A stretch of 64,000 bases of DNA from Schizochytrium sp. TIO01 (Eukaryota; Protista; Bigyra: Labyrinthulomycetes): assembly GCA_004764695.1 (NCBI GenBank), contig SMSO01000032.1, positions 1,922,001-1,986,000 on the forward strand. Direction: 5' to 3'. The translations under genes and the position numbers were made by a program. Shown piece by piece: positions 33,302-47,058 of the stretch (position 1 is its first letter; each line of letters begins with the position of its first letter). A model generated the notes under the pieces. It ran no database searches. It was not told the origin of the DNA and was given only the letters and a program-made list of their open reading frames with translations.

Positions 33302-36300
33302 GCCTTTGGCCCAATGTTAATTGTTCCAGCCACCATATTTTCTGGCTAATATGAAAACTACGAAATTTTCTTGCCTGCGGAGAGCACATATGTTGAACCC
33401 TGTTTCCCGCCGCAATTCATCCAAAATTAAACAAAGATTGATGATAATAATGTTCTTGTTGATACTTTTCAAAATATTTCTTTCAGGATATATGCACGCA
33501 TGCACTCGAGATTGGAATGTATGTTATAGCTTGCGATGGATACATTTACAGTATGGTTTATTCATTGACGACTAGGTCCTTTTTGACTCTGTATGAAATG
33601 GCCATCTTGATATAAGGAACGTTGGCGAAGTCGAAGTTATGAGGTGATCGATACGTAGAAGCATTTAATACGCCTTCCGTTCGGAATGGCCTTTCCATGT
33701 GATAGATATCATCGTATGCTTCACGAAAAAAGGAATAACACATTCTATCTTTACGTCGTTCCTAGTGATATATATAAAAGGTTCTCACGACTCTGAAGGA
33801 CGATGCTTTGTTCTACAAACAACTACTCTGCACTATTGAAAACTCAGAACAAAGAAACGCAAAACCACGGTTGCTGATGGGCCATCTCCTAGGTACTAGT
33901 GCGTAGCTATTGCTAGTGTTCTACGCGGGGCGTTCGGAAAAGAGCTTCCTGTGGATCAGTTCCAGTTCCTAGTGGGTTTCCGCTCTACCGCGTTATAGTC
34001 TCCAAATTGGTCTGCAGGTTGATCGACCCAGCACTCAGACGCATACCAGGGCCAACGCCCCATCCCTTCGAACGCGTCGCCTCTGCCAAAGCTCTGCGTT
34101 CTACAACGTCAACAACCAGTAAGAACTCACAAGCAAGAGCGTAGAAGGCCACCTCACCTCAGCACGGCACGGCACGGCACGGCACGGCACAGCACAGCAC
34201 GTCACGAGACGACACGAGACAAGGCAACGCGAGAACCTCTTTCACCTCCAACTCGAACTTCATGTCAGAGGTAGGATGGTCCCAATCCGAGTCCATCTTC
34301 AAGTTCAAGTTAAGTTCACCACGCTGTGGGGCAGATCTTGAAACTACTGCGGACGAAAACACATTCCCGAGACTCGCGAGACCAGTTCTTGTTCTTTTCG
34401 GGATACGTACGTTCCCTATGTGCAATTGCTTACGTTCTCTCCAAAACTAATTCTTTCTCTACAGCCTGAACCTGCAGGTAATACAACCAATGGCAGTAGG
34501 CAGGCAGGCAGTACGAGCTTGAGAGTGCCATCATTCACGCGTCCGAAGTTGTCCACAGCTGCAGAGTCCTTTGCGGTCGCCAGCTCTCTGCAGATGGGCA
34601 AAGCCACTCTGGTCCCTCCCTGGCGTTCCTGGAGGAGGGGACTACAAATGCCTCCTCCAGCACAGGGCGTCGGCGTTTGCAGCAAATGTTGGCGTACAGA
34701 ATGGCAACGAAGACGGGGCTCCACGCCTTCAAGGCCCCTCGGATAGCATTGCCAACGCTGCAGTTCTGAAAACCTCAGCTCGAAAGCGTGTGCCTCGTTC
34801 CAATGGTGTCTGTCCTCACGCACAGTCGGCGAACTTGAACTAAACAAACGCCAAAGTACCGAACTCGAAGTCACTCAGGTCGGCGAAGGTTTTCGATCTT
34901 CGCGTTCTACGTCGATTAAAACTAGAGAATCAAACCCTCCGAAGATCTTTGCTTTTCAGGGACGACCAGTACATGGGAAAGTTCAAGAGCAAGTACCAGA
35001 CGGCACCAGCTATTGAAAATGGAGGCGGAGGACGTGGCAATCATAACTAACTCTTAAAGCTGCTCCACGTCCTCTTGCTTGCATAGTTGTCACGCACGGC
35101 AGTGATGCTATTTATGCTGGTGGCAGAATTTTACTTGTCTAGAACGGAATCTATCTCTTCCCTCCCAAAGAGCGGCTCAAAGTCCTTTATTTTTGTTCGA
35201 AGCGGCATCCTTTCTGAGGCATTATTTAGTCTTAAAAGGGGATCGGTTCGCATTCTAAAGTTCGACTTCCTTTGTTGAAGGAACAGAACAGCCCACAAAA
35301 TGGAACCCTTCAAATTAATTAAAAAGAAGAAAAGAAATGAGATTTAAAGAAGAAGAAGACCTGGTCAAAACTTGAGGTTCAAGTCCGCCAATTCGAATTG
35401 AAGTTCAACCTACACTCGACTCACTTCATCTTTCATTGACAACCCTACGGAAGCTCGAAGGAGCTTTGCGGGAAAACCATTTCTAGATATCACAATCATC
35501 AACATTGCCGGGGAAAGAAGGCAACTTGAGAAAAGTTCAGAATATCATAAGAGACAGGGAAACAGAGAGAAAGAAAGAAAGTGAGAGAGAGAGAGAGATG
35601 TGGAAGCTGAGACGACGAGACCAAAAGCCATCGCCGCAAAGTAAGTAAGATATCGCCCCGTCAAAGGACCGCTTGAGCAGTCCGGATCTGCTATGCGAGC
35701 AATTAGAGCCTCCGGCCCAGGGCCGAAAGGTCCTTCTTGTATGGAAGAGCTACCTACGTGTCGCTGCCAGGTTCGCTCGTGTGTTGAAGCAATTGAACGA
35801 AGAGAGTAGCGCATTGTTGAAATGTACATGAAACAACAGTATAGTAGTGAATAAATAACAGCAATTCAAGATGCTTGCTTCTCTCATGGCGAAGGTATAT
35901 TCTGACCAAATACGGTTCGGTTCCCTTCATTGCCCCCATACCTACAAACGAACGCAACAGCGTCAGACGCCCATGCGCTATGTTCTAAAAAATAAATCAA
36001 ATTCAAGCAAGACAACATAATTTTCATTGATTGTTGACATGTATTTTTATTTCAAGTGAAGAAAATCATTTCGATGATGCGTGTGTTCTGTACAAGCAAA
36101 AAGGGGCGTTGTTGGGTTCTATATTTTCCACCACCGCCAAACTTTTAACCAACTTTTCCACCGCACCACACATGCAATACATCCAATCAATCCCCGCTTG
36201 CGCACCGCCTCAAAGCGCATGAAATTTCCATGGCGACTTTGTCAAGCGAAGCATCGATCATCGATCTCCGTGCGCTTCTTCGCACCGCTTGCACGCGCAG

Positions 36301-36568
36301 AGCGCCCACGCAGCTTGAGCCCAAAGATACGCCCAAATCATGAAAAGAGAGCCTCCGGCAGTGAAGAAGTCACCCTTGAGATTTCATCGGAGTTTCCTTC
36401 TTCTCGCAAGCAAGGGATGGATGGTACAGATACATAGCTAGCAAGCCGGCCGGTTCCAGGTCGCAAAGCCGGAGGCGAGAAGGGCGCGGCACTATGATGT
36501 TTCGCGCAATGGCGAGTGGCACTTGCGCTGACCGCGGTTTCGCCACGAGCGCGTTGAGTCTGAGCTCC

Positions 36569-37270
36569 CATGATCACGAAATCATGTCCTAGCAGTCCCG
36601 CATCCTCAGCTAGCCGTGCCACGTGCTGGATCCTGTCTTCCGTTTCACCCACGTGTCAATACAACGCCACAAGGCAGCCCTCATCAACCCGTATCAGATG
36701 GTTCTGCGCATGTGCACGTTGGACCACTGGGGTCGTCCGCGACCACGGGGCTTTGTCGTGTACAATAATTACGAAGATCGTCTCCTTTGCGGGACTTCTG
36801 CCGCGTATTTATTTGCGCACCTCAGGCTCGACAAGCAGTACCGGTCGATGACGCAGCGTGGCCCACCCGTCGCTGATGATCTTTCGCGCTCGATCCCAAG
36901 AAGCCGACATTCACGTCGTGCACTCCTCCCTCCCTTCTTTCCTTCGTTCGTACATTCATGCGCTCGCTCGCTCTTTCAATCTCAATTCTCCACTGACATG
37001 CTACCTGCGCGCCTAGGCACTGCTAGGCAGTTCGTAGGCTCCACGAAGATTGAAAAGATGACGAGATGCTTGAAACCACACGCGACTCGACAGGTCCTAT
37101 CCCGCTGCAGTGCTCCAGTAACCACCACAACAACCATTGCAGCCCTCGCTCAGTCGCGATGAATTGTCTGGCTGTCAGCGATGGGCGCCGTGGGATGCTA
37201 ACAAACTTCATCTGCGAAGCCTTGCCAAGAACATCCGTCAGCAATTTCCACGACTCCTCAGCGATGAATG
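36569..37270 (+). pseudogene. Possible degenerate tyrosine-recombinase (Crypton-like) fragment
   Basis: 'WGRPRPRGFVVYNNYEDRLLCGTSAAYLFAHL' resembles the 'G....hhYaN...hhCP..Ah..Yh' segment of Crypton/Ndc10-type recombinases. Two in-frame TAG codons lie just upstream. Confidence 0.3.
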
Positions 37271-37447
37271 AATGAATTACACAGCACGAAGAAGGCGAAG
37301 ATCGGCGACGTGTCCGATCCACGGCGTACGGCTTGTGCTAGCTGCCAGTATCTGACTACTACTCGACGAGTCCATCTCCACTCTTGGCAGGAGTAAATAA
37401 ATAAATAAATAAATAAGTAAATAAATAAATAAACAAGCTGCTTTTAT

Positions 37448-37519
37448 GCCCTCGTAGCGTAATGGCTAGACGGGCGCCTAGACAGACAGCGATCGATCTT
37501 TACTCTTCAGCTTTGGGCT
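37448..37519 (+). pseudogene. tRNA-like relic
   Basis: 5' end GCCCTCG-TA-GCGT-AATGG reads like an acceptor stem plus A box, with GGGC about 70 nt downstream. No T arm/B box; anticodon stem broken. Confidence 0.2.
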
Positions 37520-40228
37520 TTCTGCGATCTCTCTGATTAGAGTGTACGAAAGAATCAGTCGATCAAATATTACGAGAGGAAATAAGCGCAACTAGCTACT
37601 GCGAGATAGTAGAGTGCTAGGTCGAGTAGCGGAGTCGGCTTTGCGCGTGGCGAGAACTCCTCCTCCGCCAGGAAATGTCGCAGCATTTCTATTTCTGGAT
37701 GGGCTGACTGACTGACTGACTGACTGACTGACTGACTCACTTTCCCACTCACTGACTTACTTACTGACTTAATTTCTCTCTCTCTCTCTCCCTCTCTCGC
37801 GTTTGTCTGCTGTTTCGAGGCAGGGGATATGTCTGTTTGGTCCGTGGGTGCTCTGTTGATCCATTCATTCATTCATTCATTCATACATACATACATTCCC
37901 CCAATAAGTTATGAAGAACTACTACGCTAGCGCAGTTTTAATCTTTACCAAAACGAATGAATAAATATATAAATAAGCAGACTCATCTGTCTGAAATGAC
38001 GGGCCTCTGACTTCCTTCGGGATGTCTTGAGCTTGAAAATTCATCAAACATAATACCCAAACAAATAGGTCAGCAGAAAGAAAAGTCTTTGCAGTTCTTC
38101 TTTCTTGCTTGTTTTCCCTGATGAGCCACGAGCGCAATAATTCTACTACGTCTGGTTTTCCTACAAAGACCACAGCGAAGAGATCTTGGCACCATTAGAA
38201 CCTCCTTACCTTTAGAGTAGTGCTTGCTGTGCATCTCCAGCCGACTCGTCATCGTCATCTGTCGAGCAAGCCTTTAGATTTGAGGGTTGAAATCCAACGA
38301 ATGATCGATTTCGCTATTATCATCACTGTAGCTTCCGGAGAGAGGGCCATGCATACCTTTTACTCAGGAGTATTGAGCTAGCTCGTAATGGGTAGCCAAA
38401 ACTCATGCTTGATCTCTGCTTCTCGTTTGCAGCAGATTCCAGCACCTCAAAGCAGCATGATACGTGGAGGGGGCATTTCCCGGCCTCCTTGCGGGGGTCT
38501 GTTCGTGTACCTGACTACCTTTCTGAAAGAAGAGGCAGTCAGTCAGAGCAACCAATCAGAGACTTTTTCGCTCCCCTTTGCAACACAAGACCCCGAAGCG
38601 TCAACGATATTCTGCGCATGATGTGTCTATAACTTTCAATATTCTTTACAGCTTTCCGTCTCTAGTAGGTTTTAGTTGAGAAAAGGAAACCCTCTTGCTA
38701 ATGGGCAGTTTTATATTAGAAAAGGCACATTTTCTTTTAGCATATACATAGTTGTCTTTGGTTTGTACATATTCATTTTTTAATTTTTTTTTAAACGAAA
38801 GAAAGGAAAATATAGCTTAATTTTATAAATTGTATGAAATGTTTTTAATTTAATTAAATTTTAATTTAATCTAAAAACAATAACAAAAAAACAAAAAACA
38901 GAGAAGATGCAGGCTAAGGCCACAACCAGAACCCTAGTCAGCTAGCATATGTGCCATATTGAATCTTCCGTGGGGATAGGTTTTAGCTTTTGATTAAAAG
39001 ATGATTATAGAAACTGATACAATACAAGAACAGGAGATATTATAAGGAGGGTGACTGGCCCCGTAGAGACGAATGTTTAGAGTCCCCAATGGCAAGTCTG
39101 CGCAGATTCAGAGCAAGTTGCTCAACAATAGACCCTTTGAATGAGTAAAATTAAGTTTAAAATGGCAGTTTTCAAATCTATTAGCTTTGCCTATATTGTG
39201 ACGAAAATTCGCAAACTTTTGAAAATAACTAAGCTCCGTCAAGAAAAGAATGACATGATCATGTATTACAACAAAGAGGTTAAGTGTATTTCAAAGAATA
39301 CTTCGAATGACTTTTTCAAAAGGGAACATACATTTCCTTTATATTACCTTTTAAGTACTTCTAAAAACTATTCTTATTTTCGAAGTTAAAGGAAAGTGAG
39401 TCGGAAAACGAAAACTTTCTGAGAAGTCAAAAGAAAGAGCAACTTTTTCAATGTAGGTGAAAGACTAAACATATACATCTTTTATAGGCATAGTTTGTTC
39501 AAGCTAGTATTAACAACCATATCAAATAGCACTGAAGTTGAGCATCCTAGGTCCTTCAAACTAAGCCAACTGACTGGAGTTTTGATGGACCGCATCTTCC
39601 GCGAGCTTCAACGAGTCCCTCAAACGCGTCGTCACATCCCTTACACTCGCATCTTCAGAGAAGAACTGGACACCTTCTGCTGCTTTCCAAGATTCGAAAC
39701 TCGTGCAGAAAGAAAGTCTCGCGCGGCCCTTGAGTTTCTTCAAGTTCTTACCAGCTCAATGTCTACGCATCGAGGAGTGAGTGGGTTGGGCCTCTTAAAC
39801 CAAGTAACGCAAGGCCCTTCAAGTTCTCCAACCCTCGTTGCAGGTGGCGCCTGCGTGCCCTTGCCTTTTTTGTTTGTATGTATGTACGTATGTATTTATG
39901 TATGTCTCCCATCCAGTTGCACGTTTTCAAGGACTCAATTTGGGTCATGTCGAACCACCTTCGAGGTAAGCAAGTGCACACCCCTTTTCCAAATCAGGCA
40001 GCCAAAACCTCGAAGGAAGGAAGGGAAGGAAGAGTCCCAGTTCTCTGGCCAAGAAGCGCCACGTTTCGTTTCACCTTGCGGCCTTGCTCTGTACATGCTT
40101 GCGTGCGTGCGTGCGTGTGTGCGTATTCCGCGCCGCTCGAGGACGGCCGGCCGACCGACGTCGACCCGGAGTGGAGCGAGTAGCTGGGCCCCGTTCACTC
40201 ACCGAACTCGAGATGAACTTGGAGTTCC

Positions 40229-40284
40229 CTCAAGTTCAAGTCCATCTTGAAGTTCACTCAAGTTCAAGTCCAACTTGAAGTTCA
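40229..40284. repeat. 28-bp tandem duplication (CTCAAGTTCAAGTCCAWCTTGAAGTTCA x2)
   Basis: Two adjacent copies with one mismatch. Confidence 0.85.
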
Positions 40285-43200
40285 AGTTCACTCGCGCTTT
40301 CGAAGTGGAGCTTGGTTGGCTGGCTGGCAGGCTAGCGGGTTGGTTGACTCTCGAGCTGGAGGGCGTCGAGCCTCGAGAACCGCCGTTGAGACTCCCGGCG
40401 CCTCACTTCGAGCAGGCTTGCATTGCGCAACGCAATGTACGCCCTCGAAGGCCAGGAAATTGTGAGCTGCTCGTCATCGTCGCTTCATCAAGACCTTTCT
40501 TGTGGAGCTCTGAACACCCACGTTCCCTGTCCTGTTCCTTCGCCACGCGCTCGCTCGCTCGCTTCTTCGTGCCTCTGTCCACATCGGAGACACGCTCGTA
40601 GCTGCCAGCAGGCGGGAGGCAGCTAACTCTGTGAACGAAGCCAGTTTATAACAAAGACCCATTGGCCGCCCAGCATCATCTCAGCCGACTGACTAACCAC
40701 GGCTGCGAAAAATGAATGCGCGGCACGTACCGATCGAAGTACCAGAGAGCTCATCTTGGCCAGAGTGGATTTTGCAGCTGCAGGCAGGTTTTCACAGTCC
40801 GTGAGGAGCGGAGCCAGGGCATCGCGACGGGAGGAGAGGAGCTGCACGCACGCACGCACTCACGCATGCACGCCGCCGCACGCATGATGGATGGGGTTCT
40901 TCGAAGTTGAACGTGCGAGGGATTGCGCTTGCGAACGTGCTAGTTAGCCATGGCTTACAACGGGCAAGAAGAACTGCTGCTACCACCTGGCTAGCTACCT
41001 GTAAGAGCGATGGCTTTGCAAAAGGAAATAACAACGCGAATCCGCGAACCAAAAGAGGGCAAAGCACATAATTGACGAGCTCTTTCTGTCCGTGGATGCC
41101 CGACTTACTTGGACGAAGATTCGAGGGCGGCGAAGGCCCTTTCTCACGCGCTCGAGACGTATGTCACGCCAGCGTATCATCCGTCCATCGCACAGCTCAA
41201 GCTCGCTCACTCGCTGTTTTTCCAAGCGCCACTTCCTTCGTGATTAGATTAATTAAAAGTTTCACAACTCTAGTTCGTTGTGGATGTCAAAGCGGCACGT
41301 GATTTTCTTTTTTAAAATCTTATAATTTTGACGCCAGGAAATGACGCAGAATGGAGGAGGCGCCTCCTCTGTTCGCTATGAGTGCTGCGCACGCTCAATG
41401 AAGTGGTTCTCTCGGGTTGCTCTGAATGGAGACTTTGGAGATTTCGCCACGGTTTCCATGTTCTAGCAGAAGCAGCAGCATTGAAAAAAGAAAGAAAGAA
41501 AGAAAGAGACAAAAGGAAAGGAAAGGAAAGGAAAACGTAGCTAGGACTAGGTAAGGCTTCAATGGGGTTTGGGTCGCTTCAAACAAAAATACCTTTGGCT
41601 TTGGCTTTGTTGAAGGTTTCTTTTTTGATCCTCTTGCGAACACTTTCAAATAAGACCACCTCGGCAGTGCAAATGCATGCCTGCAGAGCCTTCTCTGGAG
41701 ATTTTGACCGCGCCCCAGTCCTGGTCAAAGGCTCTTTCTTTCTTGTCCATGGCCAGAGGGGTGCAGGAGTTCATGTTTGAGGGCGCAGGACCTGAATGAA
41801 GCCTGGATTTGGAAAACTTGGAAAGAAATAGAGCTGTTCGAGAGGCTTTTGCAGCATCTCGCATAGACAGCTTGTTACTGCTGCTGTTGGTTGATGGCTA
41901 ATGTGCAACGTTATTGTTATGTTTGTTTTGTTTTTGATTAAATTTATTTTTCAAGCCTTGGTGTGTGTATGTCTCTTTGTATTATTTCCTGCTTTGCTAT
42001 TTCTAAAAGAAGATCCAGAAAAACCATCACTGGCTAGCTTGTCCGGGGTCTTTGAGATCCTCAGTTCTGCTCGCAGATCTCTGATGAGATTGGATTTTGA
42101 AGAACTTGCTGAACAGCTGCTGCCACCCTGTTGCGGCCCACTCTCTGCCTCCCTGATCCTTTTCCAGCCGAGCTGCTGCTGTAACCTCGATACTGGAGTT
42201 CGTCATGGACTATCGTTTTTCTTCAATTCTCTGGTTATCGTCCGACTCAACGCACACCATTCTAATGTTTCTTGCTTGATTCAATGAATAAAATAAATGA
42301 AAACAATACAACTTTTCATGGGTTGAAAAACATTTTTAAAGAACATTTAAAAAATAGATAACGCCAAGGTGGCGGGATTATTACTGCCCAACAGAGGAGA
42401 GGCTTCTTGAAAATGCGCTGGCGCGGGAGAGATCGTCAAGCCTGAAGCTTCATACTCCCTGAATTCGTGCGGCAGGCAGGCTGGTTGTCTTACGAGGCTT
42501 GCTTTGGCCGCGTTAGGACGCAGCTTGCTTGCTTGCATCTGCACGGCCGCTTCTGCGAGAATTTCTCAGGCAATGCTACATCTGCTCTGCCTGCTTCCTG
42601 CTTTCCCTGTCAAAAGCGAGTAGGTAGGTGTTGGTTTCTTCAAAAGAAAGACATCAAGGGCCTTGGTTAGCTAGCTAGCTAGCTAGATAGATAGCCTATC
42701 CTAAGCTACTTTGAAAGAAAGAAATCAATTGATTTTATCATTTCTATGTATGAATGGCTAAAGGTATACATAAAACTAAATCAACACTTGAAAAAAGCAA
42801 AAGCAAATATAGTAATGACGGCAGGCATATGGCGGTAGGAATATTTTGCTGTTGGAGCGTGTGACGTTCTCTGTTTCGCAGCACTCGTTCACGGAGCTGA
42901 CGTGTTGAGTCACTCCATCGTCTGACTATCTGGCTATTCATGTGTGCAAAGCTGTACAACAATTGACTTTACAACCGCCTCCCGATCTCTCGCTCCTCCA
43001 ATCGACACCTCTATGACTTCAAAGTGAATAGTCTACTTCTTTGAAGTTTACCGTCAGGAACCGCCCTGTGAAAACCACGGCGCGCAAATTTATTTTAAAA
43101 GTTAAAAAAACAAAGAAAAAGAAAAAAGGGTTCGTGTCATAGTCTGCAAATGTAAAGGTTGAACGTGCGCATTGTAAACGTCGAGAGGGAATTTGGAGCT

Positions 43201-44917
43201 CAGCTTAGATCGTTTCCAGGTTTTCCCTCCCCGCTAAATAGTACGCAGAGAATACCAACAGAGGCTGTTCTTCAGAGGAGAACTGTTCTCTTTGAAATTT
43301 GACTGAAGAGAAGCAGGAGAACCCGCGTTTTCAAGCAAGCAAGCTCTTCACTTCTTGGATCTCCTCAGGCTTGTTTGCTCAAAATTGCGCAGAGAAGGCC
43401 TCATGGGTTGCACTGAGCTGAGCTGAGGTCGGCGGTTCTGGACACGGATCACGGTCCAAATGGCGTTGCGAGTGCAGAATTCCTCGTCCCAGGCCAACGA
43501 GCTTCAAGTCTCAACCGTTGCGCTTCAAGCTCTGTGCGCTGCAGGCGTCTAACATGCCAGTCATGTTGATTTTTGTTTTTCTTTTTCTATCTCTTCTTCG
43601 TTCGTGGGACTGACTGAGTCAATCACTCCAATCTAGCCGTTTTCTTTCTCTTGGCCTCGTTGAGCTCAGCGCGAGATTTAAAAGTGAGCCTTCAATTGCA
43701 TGGATTGATCCACATGGCTGCAATTCAAATTCGTTTAAGAGAGCGAGGAGTTCTCCGGAGAAGAAAAGCGCGATTCGAAGTATGCTGGATAAACTTTGGG
43801 CGTTTTATACTCTCAACAAGGTGAAGCTTGGGCCAGCAAATCCCCTCGGAATGGTGCTGTAATTTTCAGGGGAAAATATTGTGGACTTCTGCTTCATGAA
43901 AAACGCAGGTCCATGGTACACATACAAACTTACACAGCAAAATGCGTATGACATTCATGATAACCGAAGAAGACACTTACCGTTCTTCGTTTTCAAAGCG
44001 CATTGCTACTTTGTCGTTAGTATTGGGTACAGGTGAATAAACACGTGCTGGGCTTTTATCATGCCCAGTCAGCAAGTGGACTTTCAGGCACCGCAAAAGC
44101 TGCTTACAGGTGGTTGGATTCCTTCAAGCTGGTGGCTTGTTTGCTAATTCGCCAGGTGTGGTCATATTGTTTTCATTGGTTTCTTTAAAATATTTATTTT
44201 CGAAAGCATTATTCTTTACTTTTACTTGTCCTGTGGTTTGCTATAAAGAAAGAAAACGCTGTTAATCTTTTGAAATTTATATAATTATATTTTATTCCCT
44301 TTGAGATATTAAAACCAAGTTTCTTTTTTAAACTGAAAAGTTTTAAACTGTGACTGATTACCATGACAGTCAACCATTGCCAAAGCGAGTAGACCTACCT
44401 TCACATAATAAGACAACTATTCTGTAATTAGCCTGGGATATCCACTTTTTATTCTGCCTATCTCACTGCGGCGGTGTATATTCACTAAATCAAACATCGA
44501 ACCAACATCTTAACAGAGTCTTACATTTCAAGATTAACTCAAGTTGGTCAGTTGGTAAGAAATATTTTCTGCAATAGTGCTTTGTCAAGTCAATGTTAAC
44601 AATTTATTCCTTTTCAAATTAGGTACGCATTTTCATAATTAATTTTATAATTTAATATTTACTTATTTAATTTAAAAAAAAGAAGAAAAAAAAGAGAGAA
44701 ATGAGATACATAACCCTTACTATGAAGGTAATCAGTCTTAGCCGACCTATTCAACGAGCAAACATCGTCCACAGACCATCAAGTTCTCTTCTCCAGCATG
44801 TTTTCCTCCAATTCTCGTATGCCGCAGAACCGGTCACGTTCTTGTCTATGCTCTTCGCCGTCTCGATCCTTCTCAGCTCTTGCCATGTAATGAAGCAGGC
44901 AGGCAAACAAGCCGCCC

Positions 44918-44919
<2 letters not shown>

Positions 44920-44964
<45 letters not shown>

Positions 44965-44988
44965 CAACCAATCAATCAATCAATCAAT
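44920..44988. repeat. (TCAA)n microsatellite
   Basis: Visible directly. Confidence 0.92.
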
Positions 44989-47025
44989 CCGCGCCCCACA
45001 AACGGTTCTCGCGCAGCTTCGCCGCCGTCCCCTACTCATAAGCTGGCCGGGATGCATCTGCTTTCAGAATCCGCGTCCCCGTTCACGAATGAATCCCCAT
45101 AAATGTCCACATTCGCACACATTTTTTTCAAGATCAGACGAGACTTCTTCTTTCCTCTTCTTTCCTTTCTCTGAGAAAGAGCGGCGGCACTTGCCGATTG
45201 CCGAGCATTCTTTTCGAGGGGGTAACGAACTGACTGTCGGGGCCATCGAGAGCTGCGCGAGCGAGAGAGGCGGACGAGAATGGATCAGAGTGGCCACCAT
45301 TCTACGCAGTACCATCGTTTGGAGAAAGTAGAAGTTGACTGACCTCTGACTTTTGACGTTGGGAAGTGCGTGAAGCAACCAGGACCATAGCACCTACTAC
45401 TATGGAGAGAAAGCACGTGCGAAGCATTGAGACCTCAATGCTCCCAGACTTCTCAGGTGATTTTATAGAACCTGTCTAATAAAGAGGTTGCAGGGGGTAT
45501 AGTAACATTTTGAGTCTCGTGCTGCTGGCTGGCTTTTGAGAGACAAACCTATTCTAATTTAAGTTGCAATAAGAAGAAGGAAAAGGAAGAAGAAGGAAGA
45601 GGGGGGGGAATATTTTTTCTATTTTCAGGTATCTATGTCTATCTATGTAAAATGCATAAGAACAAGCACCGAGAGCTGAACCACAGTAGAAGGGGACACT
45701 CCGCGCTATTCTTCGCAAGCACTGACAGAACTGGCGGCAAACTCGGAGAATTTGCCAAATCAGATTGAACTTCAGCCCCAAAGTCTGTTTGCTACCTATA
45801 TACACGCACGTCTACATTTTCTTCTTCTCCGCGTCTCGACTCCCAAGGAGCCTGCGTTTCGCCGCTCTCCCAGTCAGAAGTCGAGGATCGAAGGGTTCCA
45901 GGCACCCTCTCTCCTGTCGGGTCTAAAATGCGATGAAAACAAAACACAGTCCTATCACTGCGTAGTGAGGTGGTACTATGTCTCTAGCTAGCTATGTCTC
46001 TAGCTGGCCTTTCTCCCTCTCAAAGCAGGGCACCAGCACCAGAAAAGAGAAAAGGGCGAGGACCAGACCGGCGCGTGCGAACGCAGATGGACATTATGGG
46101 TTCTTATGGGGCCCAGCAGATTGACCGCTTTGGACACGTTTCTACGATCGCCGGTTGAGAAGCGGCAATAGGTAGGCAGCGGTGCCGAGGCTCTTTGACT
46201 GCAGCTCTTTACCAACTGCTACCGCCGTGGGATTCGAGGAGCAGCACTCTCAAGGACCTACGAAAGAGCTGACGCCTTCTTGCGTCTCCTTGTCCATACC
46301 TTGGCGGCTTGGGTAACCATACATAAATGATGATACTTTCATTCATTCATTCAAACATACCTATTATAGATACAAACATAGATACATTCCTGCCTTGTAG
46401 ATAGCTAGGATGGTCTCGCCGCGACACCCTTTGCATTGCATTGAAGCCGTCAAAGTTCTGTTCTGAAGGAGGAACTGCTGCCTGCTGGGTTTTGATTATG
46501 GGAGGAGAGCGGGTTCTTTCGATCTTCACTCTTAGCTCCCCGTCGCTCAGGCTTGCAGCCCTCACGCGTCTCGCACATGGATCGATGGAGATGTGGCTCA
46601 GGTGTCTGAACTAGAACCCAACAGCCTGCTTGAACGCAGCTCAAAGCTATGAAGGGGCTTAACTAACTGTCGAAAGAAAGCCTTCGAGTGCTGCTTTCGA
46701 AATTGAGCCCGTCTTATTGGCCTCATTGGCGTCCACCTTGCTTGCGGTACGGGAAGAACTAACCATCGTACTAGCTAGGCAGCTAGCTAACAGTTCTTTC
46801 TCTCAACAGAAAAGGAAACACGAAAAAGATGAGCTATTAAGCCCTGAGCCGCTCGAAGGTGTGGGGGGGGATAGAGGCAGTGGAAAACATAGGCAGGTAG
46901 TCGGTAGCGGCTCTTAGCGTTTCCAATAGCAGTGTACGAAGAATAGAGAAAAGAGTCACTGCCGGCGGCGTTGAATCGGAGTGTTTTCCTGACGCTAACT
47001 ACTTTACTTCTATTTAAAAAACATT

Positions 47026-47058
<33 letters not shown>

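Noticed and set aside
39495-40250. 251 aa ORF in the gene-free tract
   Set aside because: Non-ATG start, runs through simple repeats (TATG, GCGT) and has no domain motifs.
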